The notes under the pieces were generated by a model that did no database searches, was not told the origin of the DNA, and worked only from the letters and a program-made list of their open reading frames with translations. A DNA stretch of 45,466 nt, filler included, from Jimgerdemannia flammicorona (taxonomy: Eukaryota): NCBI GenBank assembly GCA_003990765.1. It is 2 parts of 2 records of this genome, joined end to end, with 100 filler letters (N's around TTAATTAATTAA, not from the genome) between each part and the next. Parts side by side here need not be neighbours in the genome. Positions count along the whole stretch, not along the records: positions 22,785 to 45,466 come from RBNJ01001227.1; 1 more part is not named here. One strand, given 5' to 3'. The stretch's first letter is position 1; the number at the start of each line of letters is the position of its first letter. This document shows positions 22,785-35,791 of the stretch, in pieces. Made by a program: the position numbers and the translations under genes.

Positions 22785-23470
22785 CATTCCAATTTCCACG
22801 CCTATACTCGACCATTTTTAACTATTTTTTTAGATCCTATTTCTCTATAATAGTAGCACAGTATGTATTTTCGTTAGTATATATCAAAAAAGTAGTATTC
22901 TGGCTTCAACTCTATAGAGAGTTTTTTTTAATTTTATTATATTTATAATAAGTAATATCTATTTGAAATATATATATGTTTTTTTTAATTGTTTTTTTGA
23001 CTTATATTTCTTAATGGTAGTATAATTTTTTTTTTAAAAAAATATTTATTAATCTAAATTATTTCTAACTTTAATCCTACATATAGAGAGTTTTATAAAA
23101 AAAAAATTATCAGCAGACTTTATGAGCTTTGTTTATTATAAGCCTCTTATTAATAGAGATTAAGTAGTGATAAGTCTCTGTTAATAAGGATTCAGTAATG
23201 ATAATGAGAATGTATCAGCTATGCTACTAAATTCTCATCAATGTAGGTATTATTAATAGAGGTGTTATCAATAGAGGCTTACCAATAAAGAATTTAGTTT
23301 AGTTCAGTCTATTAAACTTAAAAATTATTGATATATATCAAAATCTATCAATATTAAATATATATTCTCTCTTTTTTGCAATACCACCTATTCATACTTT
23401 AAATAAGATATGTAAAAATATAATCTTGTAATATATATCAGCTTATGGAACTATTTTAAATAGATACTAA

Positions 23471-23972
23471 GTCCTACAGATTTTTATTGAAAGAGAATCT
23501 AGACTATATAGACCAAACCTCTCTCCTACCACTCACTGAGCATTATACTTCTATTAAACCTAGGCTAGCTATTGTCCAGCAGCTTAACCATACTAAGTGC
23601 AGTAGGGTAAAATTACTCATACATATCTTATTCTATATATCATACTCTTCCTACTATTAGAAAGTAATAGATATACTAAGATATATATCTGAAACTCCAA
23701 TATATATATAAGGTCACACTCAAGCCAATTCACATAGCCCTCACTATCTCAAGGAGAGTGATAGATAAAAAAAAACTCCTCTCAAAGTATAGAATAATAG
23801 ATAGATCCTGATTCTCCTCAATAAGATAAGTAGAGAACTTATATATGAGATGAGAGAAGACCTCCAATACTCTACTGCTCAAGCCTGTAAGCCTCAATTA
23901 TATTGCCATATCAGCTCCTGATTTTAATTAAGTGTAGCCAAGATATCTAATTCAGATAACCTTAGGTCCTCT
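23471..23972 (-). mobile_element. Older, more mutated fragment of the non-LTR element at 29950-31191
   Basis: Colinear with ~30033-30543, for example attgtccagcagcttaacca, tcaagcc(a/g)a and tatcagctcc(t/c)gatt. Confidence 0.85.
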
Positions 23973-25695
23973 AACTAATCTATGTAACTTGCTTTTCTTG
24001 ATCCTTTTGACTCAATTAGTACTTTGTACTTTTATCTATAGAAGATGAAGACTAGAAGTTATTTCTTGATGTCTACATTGACTCTAACTTAGTACAACTA
24101 GTTATTTTTCAAAATCAGATCTTAGGAGATTACCAGAGTTATAATAGCTTGAGGTATATTAAGATAAGCCTTTCCAACTTGAATATACATATATATCTCT
24201 AACTAGTCTAAGAGAGATAGATACTGATCCATCTGCCATAATAACTCTTGCTTTGGTTTCTTCATCAATTCTCTATCTAATTCTTTCTAATATTTACTAG
24301 TTGATAATACAAACTACTACTCTAGTATCAAAAAGAATTCTGGTATTTTCACTATATATTTTTCCATTAGCTAATCTTATAGATTGATGTTCTTAATACT
24401 AGTATTTATGAACTGCATAGATAGTGCTAGGCTCTAGTATATATAGTCCTTAGATAGAGATTCTCTTAGTATTTTTATTAACTTTCTTGAAGAATTTTCA
24501 CCTAACTTCTAGTGTATTCTTAAGAATTTGTTCAAATATAAGGCCTGTATTCTATATGTAGAGGTGTTTTCAAAGTGATGCTACTTTATAGAGCTTGCTA
24601 CTCCTTCAATATCTAGGTCTCTTAAGGTGAATCCTCTTATTTCTATTGGGTATTTTATCAGCTGAAGATTCTATACTCATGTGTTCTTCTTCTTCAAGAT
24701 CAGGTAGAGAGATACTTCTTAATACTCTTGATGGACCAGCTTCTGGTTCAGGTATATCTCTTCTAACTCTTTTATTATTTTCCTGAGATACATCTGATAA
24801 GGAATAGCCATATCTTGAATATTTGCCTATAGATATAGTTACTGGCAGTGATGGTGAAAGTGGGGTCTTTGGGAGTCTTCTTTATCCTCTGGTCTGAGCA
24901 GATGCTGCATCTCAAGTTACCTTAGAGAAAAAGGCTTTGAAGTATAGATAAGTATCTCTTGGTCATAAAGTCAGACAGCTTCTTTTAATATTTCTCAAGT
25001 CTCTTTATTTATCTGAATGAGGTTGATATTTCTATCATTTGATAGAGTCTGTTTCTTTAGATAGAATCTCTAAATATAATCCTAGTTTCTATTATTGAAG
25101 TGATTAGAACATAGGAACTTATTACTGATAAATCTGTAGTTATAACTGATAGAACCTGAGTGGAATATCTATTATCTTATTGTCAGTAGTCTGGTCTATT
25201 ATCTTGATGATATCTTGTGATCTTCCTCCTTAGTTCTTTAACTAAGCAACTACAATAGTTAGGTCTTTTATTTATTTAGTGAACATTATTATAGAGTCTT
25301 CTTGAGTTCTTGATGGAGGCTACTGTTATTGCCTATACTGAGTTAGAATTAAGGGTAGGGGTCTGGTTTCATAGCTGACCAACTGGACTCTCAAGTAGGT
25401 ATTCTCTTATTCTAGAGTCATTTTATAAGTTCTTGAGATTTCAGCTTAAGCTAGTTCTCAATGTTCTTATATCTGCTGGGATAATTTATAGTCTGCTTCC
25501 CAGCATCCTTATACTCTAGTAACTTATTGCTTAATACTACAATAGCCCATTCTAATAACTTATCTTTGAAGCTCTGAAAATATTCTATTGAGGAAGATAG
25601 TTGAGGCCAGAGCTAGTTGGACTATAGGTTACAAGTTTACCTTAATTATCTGAGCTTGAATTCAATAATAGAAGCTTTTTGGAGTTTTATTGGTA
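23973..25695 (-). mobile_element. Old Gypsy remnant D (gag C-terminus and protease), interrupted by the chromovirus insertion
   Basis: Protease remnant RILFDTRVVVCII...VIMADGS...DLILKNN*L at ~24050-24350 and a decayed zinc knuckle at ~25055-25105. Continues beyond the GCTTA TSD at 32246. Confidence 0.7.
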
Positions 25696-25700
25696 GCTTA

Positions 25701-26164
25701 TATAATAGTTTCACAGTCATATTTAGTCTTAGTATATTTTTATATCTTTTAGTTAGTCTTTTCTTATCATTTCTTGAATATTCTACTATGTTCCACCATC
25801 TTCTACTTACTTAGAAACCTTCTCTCAGTACCCAGATACTACTAGAATATTTTTGTCTTTTCTTGGTATTAAGTATCTTGTCTTAGCTAGTCATAGAACC
25901 TTTTGGAACATTGTAGAATCATATTAGTCATCTTTGTCAAGAATCTATTTCTTGGTATTTCTCTTTCTTTCCAAGATTCTTTCAGATCTTTCTTTCAGAT
26001 CATATATAAATATCCTTGTTCTCTATCTGAATAAAGCTCAGAATATTTTCTCCTAGAAATTCTTCAAGAACACTTGAACCTTTAAGTATCTCTTCAAGCT
26101 ACTTTAGGCCAATTAGAACTTCCAGACTTAGCCACTTTCTCTTAAAGAAACTATAACTATTATA
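25701..26164 (+). repeat. 5' LTR of the chromovirus-like element
   Basis: Direct repeat of 31777-32240, with TATATAAATA at ~26003 and AATAAA at 26030. Confidence 0.95.
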
Positions 26165-26329
26165 CTTAGTAGTAGTAGTATTGTTATACCTTACCTTATT
26201 AAGAAACCTTATACAAATTTTAAAACCAGTCACAACTAGTCACATGAACTCAAAATAAGTTGCAAAGAGTCAGCCTATTAGTCAGACCTCTCTGAAGAAG
26301 CAGAAGAACCATAAGCTAGCATAGAGGAT

Positions 26330-27292
26330 ATGATTGCCACTATGGCTCACCAAATCTAAGCACTTCAAGTACAACTAAAACTGTAGAAAATAAGAACTGC
26401 AAGTATATTATACTCTACCATAATACCAGTTAGTTTCAAGCTACTCAAGCCAGATACCTTTGATAGTCACTAAGAAGGACTATCTATAGATACATAGACC
26501 TTCCAATTAGATCAATACTTCAAGCTCATAAGAATGAAAGAAAATATGTAAGTCCAATTTACTGCCACACTTCTTCAAGGAAATGTAGTTATTTGGTAGT
26601 ACAATCATATCATAACTATATCTATATACTCACATATATAAATCAAGAATTGGGAAGCTTTCAAGAGAGCCCTTCATAGGCAGTTCAAGCTTACTAATAC
26701 TATCAAACTAGCCAGAGATAAGCTAGTAAATATCAAGCAACTCAAGTCTATACAAATCTATAATATATAATTCCTATTAATCCTATTTGAACTATCAGTA
26801 ATAGCAGAGGATGAAAAGATAGACTACTATATCTAAGGTCTGAAAGGAAACACATGAGTCAAAGTTAAGCTAGAAGAGCTACAAAGCCTTAATGAAGCTA
26901 TGAGGATTACCAATTGGTTTGATATTATCACCTTTAGTAACCACTTTGAACCAGAATACTATAAGAAGAACCACTTCAAGAACTGCCACAGAAATCAATC
27001 AAGAATAGTTGGCCTAGCACTAATAGACTTAGACACCATAAATAAAAAGAACACCAAGCTCACCTCTGAAGAAAAGGACCACCTGAAGAAATCCAGAGCC
27101 TGTTTCTTTTGTTGCCAAATAGGATACATTGCAACCAAATATCCTAAGAAGACTAGTGAATCTTCTAGACCAGTTACTATATTGTCCAAAGACATACCTG
27201 TCAACTCTACTATCAGTCAACCCAAGCTTAAGATCAAGAAGCTTCACCCAAAGACCCAGGCCCCTCAATATCAAACAGAAAGAGTCACTTAA
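26330..27292 (+). pseudogene. gag: Gag of the chromovirus-like element
   Basis: KPDTFD, W..FKRAL..QF, ARDKL..IKQ and a decayed zinc knuckle ACFFCCQIGYIATKYP. Confidence 0.85.
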
Positions 27293-27379
27293 GAAGACAA
27301 TACATATCTTTATAGTAATGGTCTATTCTAAGAAATAAGACAAGAGACTATTAGTCAATGAAAGTATCAAGCTATTGTT

Positions 27380-29946
27380 AGAAGAATTCAAGAATGTCTT
27401 TCTAGATAAGCTATCTGGTCTACTGCCTATATGAGAAGTTGATCATAAAATTGAACTGACCCCAGGAGCTATACTACCCAAGAAATACATATACTATATA
27501 TCACCACTTGAAATTGAAGCAGTTAAGAAAAATCTAGAAGAACTACCTGCATAAGGAATCATCCAGCCAAGAAAATCTCCTTATAGCTCATCAGTCCTAT
27601 TTATCAAGAAGAAAAATAGTACTTTGCAAATGTGTATAGACTACTATATAATCAATAAGCTTACTGTCAAGAACCACTATCCATTATCTCTGATTGATCA
27701 AATCTTTGATGTTCTTAAGAATGCCAAGTACTTCACCAAGTTAGACCTTATGTCAGAATACTACCAGATCCAAATTAAGCCAGAAGATATCTCCAAGACT
27801 GCATTTATGACCCCCTTTGGACTTTACAAATTCCTGATCTTAGCATTTGGTCTCACCAATGTACCTGCCACATTCTAGACTCTGATGAATAAGATATTTA
27901 AGGACCAACTATTTATTTTTCTATTGGTATATCTTGATGATATTCTGATCTTTAGTATAACTAAAGTAGAATACCTCAAATACATTCAAATAGTCCTAGA
28001 GATCCTGCAAAAACACAAGCTTTACACCAAGCTCAAGAAGTGTGAATTCTTCAAGAAATAAGTCAAATATCTTGGCCATATTATCTCTGTATAAGAAATT
28101 CAAGTAGACCTATATAAGATAGAAGTAATTAAAGAATGGTCTATTCTGTTGAATCTTACAGAACTCCAATCCTTTCTTAGTCTAGCTGACTACTACTGCC
28201 ACTTTGTTAGAAACTTCTCTGGTATTGCCAAGCTACTGACTAACCTCATGAGGAAGGCTCTATACTCAGACCACTATGTACCCTACACCTGGGACCTCTT
28301 CTGTCAACAAGTTTTTTAAGAACTCAAGAACTATCTGACCTATACTCTAGTCCTGTATAATATAGATCAAGGTCTAAAATTCATGGTTACTACTGATGTG
28401 TCAAATTTTGCCATTGGAGTAGTCTTGTTACAAGATGATGGTAAAGGACACTGTTCTATTACTTTTGAGTCCCACAAGTTGGCCCTGGCTTAGCCACTTA
28501 TGAGAAGAAACTACTGACAATAATACATACACTAGACCACTGGTGATGCTATCTAGAAGGTGTTAAGTTTGATATCATTACTGACCATCTCCTCAAGTAT
28601 ATCAACACTCAACCTACTCTGTTATATCTATAAGTCAAGTGGAGTCTCAAGCTTCAAACCTTCAACACAATGATCATCTATAAGTCTGGTAAGACACTTA
28701 TAGTACCTGATGCCTTATCAAGATGCCCAGACCTCACCACAATCATATAGGTCACTTTGGTATCAGAATTCTTAGACCAAATTAGACAAGCTTATAAAGA
28801 AGATACAGTTGCTACTAGAGTTTTCTCAAACAAGCTCAAGGATATATATACTATTGAGAACAACCTAATATATCATCAAGACCAAGTCTACTTATCTGAA
28901 AACATGAATCTATATTATAAGATTTTATAAGAACACTATGCTCCTCTTACTAGTCATCTTGGAATCAAGAAGACTATTAAGATATCTAATGCCACTACTA
29001 TTAGCCAAGCATAGTCAAGGAAATCAAGAACTATATTGCTAGCTGTGATATATACCAGCACAATAAGTCTATCAACCAAGTACCAGCCAGTTTGCTACAA
29101 CCACTACCAATTTCCATCAAGAAATTCAAGTAAGTTACTATGGACTTTGTAACTCAACTATCATGAACTCAATCTGGTGCTGATGCTATCATAATATTTA
29201 TTGACCACCTGACTAAGACTATGGTTGCTGAACCAACCACTACTAATGTTACTGTACCTGAGATTATAAGAATTTTTTTTAAGTCCATCTTCCATCACTA
29301 TGGTCTACTATGAGTAATTATTAGTGATCATGACTCCAAGTTTACCAGTCACTTCTGGCAAACTCTCTTCAAGATCCTAAGAACCCAATTGGCTATATCT
29401 ATTGCCTTCTACCCACAAACTGATGGACAAACTGAGTATATGAATAGAACTTTAGAACAAATGCTTAGAAACTATATTTCTTATAAACAAGATAATTGGG
29501 ACCACTATCTGACTTATGCAGAGTTTTTATACAACAATGCTGTTCAATTATCTACTGGTCTTTTCCCTTTCTGGTTACTCTATGATCAAGATCCTGAGAC
29601 CCCTGCAAGTCTATTTTCTTTCAAGAAAAGCAGTCAAATACAAGTTTCTACCACCAAGAGCCTTATAGACAAAATGGATGAACTACTCAATATTACTACT
29701 ATAAATCTTCAGAAGGCTCAATAGCATCAAGCCAAGTATACTGATAAGAAATGCTGTGATATTACTTATACTATTGGAGATCAAGTTCTACTATTTACCA
29801 AGAACCTCAAGATACAATTTCAAGTCAACTACTCTTTGAACAAGTTCCAACCCAAGTATATTGAACCTTTTGAGATTACTGAACAAGTCTCCACATCCTC
29901 CTACTGCCTCAAGCTACCTGAAACCATAAGAGTACACTCAGTCTTT

Positions 29947-29949
<3 letters not shown>
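27380..29949 (+). pseudogene. pol: Pol (RT, RNase H, integrase) of the chromovirus-like element
   Basis: MCIDY, KTAFMTPFGLY, FGLTNVPATF, VYLDDILIFS, TDVSNFAIG, TMDFVTQL, FYPQTDGQTE. Many stops. Confidence 0.95.
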
Positions 29950-30017
<68 letters not shown>

Positions 30018-31191
30018 TTTTATGGACTTTATGTCTTGTGGATTTTTATTGGAAGGGAACCTAGACTATATAGGCCAAAACCCTCCCCTACCACCTATCA
30101 AGCACTGCCCCCCCCTATTAATCTAGGCTAACTATTGTCCAGCAGCTTAACCATGTCAGGCACAGTAGGATAAAGTAGCCTGTATCTCATTCTGTACACT
30201 ATGCTCTCCCTACTACTAGGGGAAACCCAGCCATATACCAACAACTGAAAGTGCATGCCCAAGAACCCAACATATGTACAAGGCCATGCTCAAGCCGAAT
30301 AGAATAGCCCCTGCCACCCCAAAGAGAATGACAGGCAAAGAAAAAACTCTCATCAAAGTACAACATAGTGGATAGAGCCTGGTTCTCCCAGTTGAGGTGA
30401 GTAGAGGACTTATACATGAGGCAGGAGGAGACCCCCAATATCCCACTACTCAAGTCTGCAGGCCTCGATCATGTTGCTATATCAGCTCCCGATTCCAGTT
30501 GAGTACAGTCAAGATGTCTGAAATGAGTAACCTCAGGCCCCCCGACCCCCCCAGATGACCAAGGCCCAACCCCACAAATCACCAAAAGAAGCTGAGAGTG
30601 ACACCTACCACCTAACTACACTGCACCAAACAAAAGGCCCCACTGAAGCAGCACCTGCCCCAGCCCTGATGACCACCCCCAGCCTGGTACCCTACTGGTA
30701 TACTGTTATTACCCTTTCTCCTATCTGTGATGGCCATCTCCCCTCCCATCCTGACAACACCCGAAAAGTAGTTACCTATGCCAGAACCATGCTTGCCGAA
30801 AAGCTTGCCAAAGCCAGAGGGCCCCATCACAGGTACTGAGGACCTACAGGTAATCTATACTAAGCACTTGATGCCCAAGGTCGGCCAACTCCCTATGTAG
30901 CCCAAGACACACTGAGACACTACCTTGTTGGCAACAGCAAAAGAAAGAAAATGCTGCACCAAAATGGATACACTCCAGATGTAGCTGAAGGCACTAGAAA
31001 CCATGAAAAAGTGGAGAAGACACTGATCCGACACTGATAAAGAGGCAACTCATCACTATTGCCTCTCTCCCGCTATGCCCATGCAGGCACAGCAAACCAA
31101 CCCAAGGGTAATAATAGGGGAACAGGAACTTGGAAGGTTGCCTACCAAACCTTGTGACCAGTAAGGTAGCAGAGAAAGGGGTATCTGTCTT
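29950..31191 (-). mobile_element. 5'-truncated non-LTR retrotransposon of a second family (probable RNase H and CCHC remnants), inserted antisense into the integrase
   Basis: Long poly(T) at ~29950-30016 and an 18-bp TSD gtacact(c/t)agtctttcat at 29932-29949 and 31192-31209. One frame gives AITDRRK...LRLLISDILTVL...T*VVGYWG, resembling RNase H motifs (the RNase H call is weaker than the element call). Confidence 0.85.
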
Positions 31192-31299
31192 GTACACTTA
31201 GTCTTTCATATATCACACCTCAAGACCTAGAACCAGTCACCATCCTATCTTGGTTGAATTTCTAAGCCATCTGTCCCTATAATTATTGAAGACTATATT

Positions 31300-31467
31300 G
31301 AGTATAAAGCTGAGAAAATTCTTGACAAACAAATCCACTACCACCATCCTGAATACCTAGTCAAGTAGATGGGCTATCCTGAATATGATACTATCTGGGA
31401 ACTACTGGTCAACCTTAAGAACTCTTAAGATCTAGTTCAAGACTTTGAGACAAAATATATTGTCTAA
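31300..31467 (+). pseudogene. Integrase C-terminal chromodomain
   Basis: EYKAEKILDKQIHYHHPEYLVK*MGYPEYDTIWELLVNLKNS*DLVQDFE matches the chromodomain pattern Y.VE.I...EYLVKW.GY....TWEP..NL. Confidence 0.9.
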
Positions 31468-31776
31468 TCTCTATAGTGACTTTCTTGAATTGTCAATGAC
31501 CTATAGTAATGACCAGTATCTTATACATTGGAAGTTTACTTTGGGACTCCAGAACTAACAGAATATTTAATGAACAAGAAGTCTACTGAAATGAAGCTAC
31601 TAGCTAGGTTCAAACTCCTCCAGTTGATTAGTCTGGTAATAGGCCCTCTGCCCTATACAAAGATGATCAATCTCTATCAATATACTGATACAAGTTTGAG
31701 AAATTTTGGTTAAGTATATCTAGCCTTGTATTACCTAAGAACTCAATAAGGATGTTGGTTCTTAAGGAGAGAGGGA

Positions 31777-32240
31777 TATAATAGTTTCACAGTCATATTT
31801 AGTCTTAGTATATTTTCATGTCTTTTAGTTAGTCTTTTCTTGTTATTTCTTGAATATTCTACTATATTCCACTACCTTTTACTTATTTAGAAACCTTCTC
31901 TCAGTACCCAGACATTACTAGAACATTTTTGTCTTTCTTTGATACTAAGCATCTTGTCTTAGCTAATCATAGAACCTTTTAAAACATTATAGAACCATAT
32001 TAGTCATCTTTGCTAAGAATCTATTTCTTGGTATTTCTCTTTCTTTTCAAGATTCTTCTGGATCTTTCTTTCAGATTATATATAAATATTCTTGTTCTCT
32101 ACCTAAATAAAGCTTAGAATATTTTCTCCCAGAAATCCTTCAAGAATACTTGAACCTTTAAGTATCTCTTTGAGCTACTTTAGGCCAACTAGAACTTCCA
32201 GACTTAGCTACTTCCTCTTAAAGAAACTAGAACTCTTATA
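31777..32240 (+). repeat. 3' LTR of the chromovirus-like element
   Basis: Direct repeat of 25701-26164, preceded by the PPT and followed by the TSD. Confidence 0.95.
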
Positions 32241-32245
32241 GCTTA

Positions 32246-33400
32246 GCTCATATAGATTAAAGCTTTTATGTTTTTTATTAATGCTCAAGTTAATTGAACT
32301 GAGTGCAGAGCCAGGCCTTATAGATATTATATCTGTCTACATGGTCTCTATTTACTTGAAGATTATTAGCTTATTCTGTTCTATAGATATCTTCTCCAAT
32401 TTGCTTTGCTTAGTTGTAATTCTATAGAGCAGGACTACTCAGAAGTAATTCTACAATTCTGAGCTTTCTCTGAGCATCTCACTGCTAGGCTGCTACTTGT
32501 ACTTCAATTTCTCTAAGAAATTTCTCAATATCTTCACTATCTATACTATGGAATTTCTGAAGATAGCTTATGTCTAGTTCATCTTTACTATCTGAGTCTG
32601 GTTCTGGAGTAGAGTTTCTTAATGATGCTTGGGATAGAGATGATGGAGGTGCTCAATGAACTGGTAAAAGGTAGTATCTTGGTAAGAATGTAGAGAGTCT
32701 GGCCCTTTTAATTAAAACTGAGGTAGAGGTTCTTGATTGTAGAGATTCTTTAACTAAGTGATAGTGATCACTAAATACTAAGGTGCTGAGAGAACTAGAG
32801 CTTTTTTACTCTTATAGATAGTATTGGAGTGTGAAGAACCAGAGTACTGAGATTCCAGCAATTGAAATAAGACTAATGTAGCTAATATTCAGTTTGTCTG
32901 CCTCTTACTATCATAAAGTAGTAGAGTTTTGTTTATCTTACCAAAGGTTTATATTTTTGTCTAAGTAGTAATAAAGATAGAATTCATCTCTTGAGTAGTC
33001 TGATTGAATTCTCCAATCATTGTCTTTCTCTTGTTCTAGAAGGTAAGGATGATAATCTTCTTCTTTTTCAAATATTTCAAAATATACTTGATTCAATAGT
33101 ATGACTTAGATAATAATAGTAGTAATGTAGTTACTTCTGTCTGAATCTCTTCTATAGATTAGGCTCTAGTATTCTTCAGGAAAATCTTCTTGTTCTGGGT
33201 CTTGGGTCTATATGGGCTCAGATTGTTCTATGAGATATCTTCTTTCTCTTGAGATTAAACTATAGTCTGAGTTACTTTTTTCTTCTAACTCAGTTTCTTG
33301 ACTACTAGTTCTGAACAGAGTGAGGGCTATCCTGACAATGGTGTATGCTTCTCTTTCTGAAGTAGGCTACTATTGGCTAGTTTTTCTTAAATTCTCTACT
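32246..33400 (-). mobile_element. Upstream (gag N-terminal) part of Gypsy remnant D
   Basis: Joined to 23973-25695 by the GCTTA TSD. Decayed coding-like sequence on the minus strand; right boundary uncertain. Confidence 0.5.
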
Positions 33401-33847
33401 ATAGATAACTGCTGAGTTTTTAAGCTAAATGGTTAAGTCTTTAGAAAACTTTCCTAGTTAAGCTTCTAAAATATAGCATGTAATTTATATAGATTATTTT
33501 ATTGATATATATGGCTCAATGTACTACTGATTATTTATATGCTATTTATCTCTTTACTAATAATACTCTGGCTCAATATTTACTTTAACTACTGTTTGAT
33601 TTATTTGCTAAAGTTTACATTATGATGAAGTTTGTATTATATTAGAGTTTATATGTCTCAAGTTATTGGTCACATGACTGATCATTCAGAATGACAAAAA
33701 AGGAACAGTGGTTTATTCATATTATATATTGTTCTGTGTTTTCTAGTAATTATTTTTTGGGTTCTCTTTTTTTTTTTTATATAGTTTTGTGGGTTCTCTA
33801 TATTTCTTGGCAGTTAAGCATATTCTTAGCTAAGTTTCCTAGGCCTT

Positions 33848-34332
33848 GTGGAGGAGGAGAGCCTAGCAGGAGCCAGAGGAGTAAACCTAAAACCAGTATC
33901 AAAACAAACAGAAGATATGTAGAAGAGCATGTATAAGGGGGACAAATAAAGAATATAACTGAATTTGCATCAGCTGTTTATTGCTATATAAAAATGTAAT
34001 CCTTATATACAAAATATGATATTCCAAAAGGAAGGATGTACTACAACTTGGGGTGAACCAAATTAGGAACCACATGATTACTGGAGATAAGCAGAGATAA
34101 AGAGGGAGCCAATCCTAGTTGCAGAATAAAAATCACAAACAAATACAAACAAAACAAATCTAAATTGAGATTAAAAAATATCTGTAGACTCTGGAGGGGT
34201 GAGCATGAGCAAGGGGTGAGACTGAAATGGAGCAAGCCATAGTGAGTCTAAAGATAGTGGAGGGGAGCAGAGTAAGACCAAGACCCCAGAGCAAGTACAA
34301 GACCCCAGAGAGGGCAAGGATGTTTTTTAATC
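33848..34332 (-). repeat. 3' pseudo-LTR plus tail of the Penelope-like element
   Basis: Direct repeat of 43281-43781. It includes a copy of the first ~27 codons of ORF1. Confidence 0.9.
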
Positions 34333-35700
34333 CTCTCCAAAAGAACTGGAGGCACCAGAAGGTGACAAAAATACAAAATGAGAGTAATGGATTAAAGAAG
34401 AAATAGAAAGAAGATGTGAACGAGCAATCAGAGGGCATCAGGAAAGAGATGAAAGTCCATGGTAGGAAAGAGAAGAGTGCAGGACAGTATCAGGGCATTG
34501 AGCAATCCAGCAAGTACAATCAAATAGTATGACAAGAATTGGAAGAGAGAATGAAGAGAGGGTACAGAGTGGGTAAGGAGAGAGGGAGGGGAGGAAGGGG
34601 GGGTAATGAGGAGAGAGGAGAGAGAAGCAAACAACAGACTATTCAATAGAAGCAAGCAGATCATGAATGATAGAAATAGGGTAGACATGATGATGGACCA
34701 CAAAGTTTCCAAGAACCCAGATAGCAGACACCTAATCAGAATGATGAGAGTAGTATAATACAAGATGATGAACCTTACCATGAATACAATCAAGAAGAGT
34801 GTAATGAGGATGATTGGAATGGAAGTCAGGAAACTGTTGGAAATAGGAAAAATGAGAATAAATAATAGTTTGAAAGAGAGAAAGAGAAATGGAAAGGTCC
34901 AAAAAGGGAATACTAATCATATCATACACCCACATAATGGAATGATAGGGAGGGTAGATACCACAGAACACACTAGAAATATCAATACCAGTAATAGTAA
35001 GAATGATAAAGTTATCAATGTATTGATAGAAGAAGATATCTCCAGCCCAGAACATGATGGAAAGAGGTGATGAAGGATTATATATTACATGAAGTTCATA
35101 GGCCAGGCCAATAAAGTTGGCAAGAGTGAGGGTACAATTCATTCTCATGGCAATATCAGAAGTCTGGTAAAAGGAGCCAAGAGCTGATTTGAAGTAGTTG
35201 GAGCTACAGATGAGGAATGTGAGCTCAATAATAGAAGCCAATGAAACCGGGGAATCTAGAGGAAAAACAATGGAACCCAGGAAGTGAAGACAATTATTGA
35301 TCTTATCAAAATGAATAGTAGTGTAGAAGGAGGAGAAGTCACCAGAGGCCAAATGAAAAAAATAGTAAACAGGCATAATAGTGGAGCAGAGAAAGGTGAG
35401 CTTCTGAGTATTATGAAGAATTGTATACTCAGGCCCAAGGTGGTGTTATAGAAGAGCCATCTAAGAGAGAAAGAAGTGGAATAACCACTTTGAAATATCA
35501 GTAGTAAGAGAGCTAAAAGTAGTCATAATAAGATGCTAAGCCAAAATAGACTTATGGACTTTAGGAAGAGCATAGAAAACCAGAAGACAAATATCCAGCA
35601 AGGACAACAAGTCCTGGAAGAAGTTAAAAATGGGGTTCACAAAAGGAGAATCTGAAAGTGATCTGGTGTGAGTCAGAGAACCCCAAAGGAGAGTGAGAAT
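34327..35700 (-). pseudogene. Penelope-like RT core, thumb and C-terminus; no GIY-YIG domain
   Basis: Motifs from LPKVHK to HSNHP, then decayed HHVYP and CPLIARSHLLSISSLIHYS. The frame ends with TAA at 34329-34327 at the start of the pLTR. Confidence 0.85.
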
Positions 35701-35791
35701 TTTTTTTTTTTTTATAGTCACTTGGACTGCCCTTTATTACTACTATCTATAATGATCATTATACAGTATCATACAGTATCATCCCATCCCT

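Larger units (their letters stand above)
25701..32240 (+). mobile_element. Chromodomain-bearing Ty3/Gypsy element with both LTRs and a 5-bp TSD
   Basis: 464-bp LTRs at 25701-26164 and 31777-32240. TSD GCTTA at 25696-25700 and 32241-32245. PPT aaggagagaggga at 31764-31776. Contains gag, RT, RH, IN and a chromodomain. Confidence 0.96.

Noticed and set aside
22785..23470. AT-rich segment with short imperfect repeats
   Set aside because: No interpretable ORF, terminal repeat or homolog within the window.
29836..30126. ORF with a poly-Phe tract
   Set aside because: Integrase frame reading through the poly(T) tail of the inserted non-LTR element.
33800..33850. Telomeric repeats at the ends of the EN-deficient PLE
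   Set aside because: No TTAGGG/CCCTAA-type arrays at either end.
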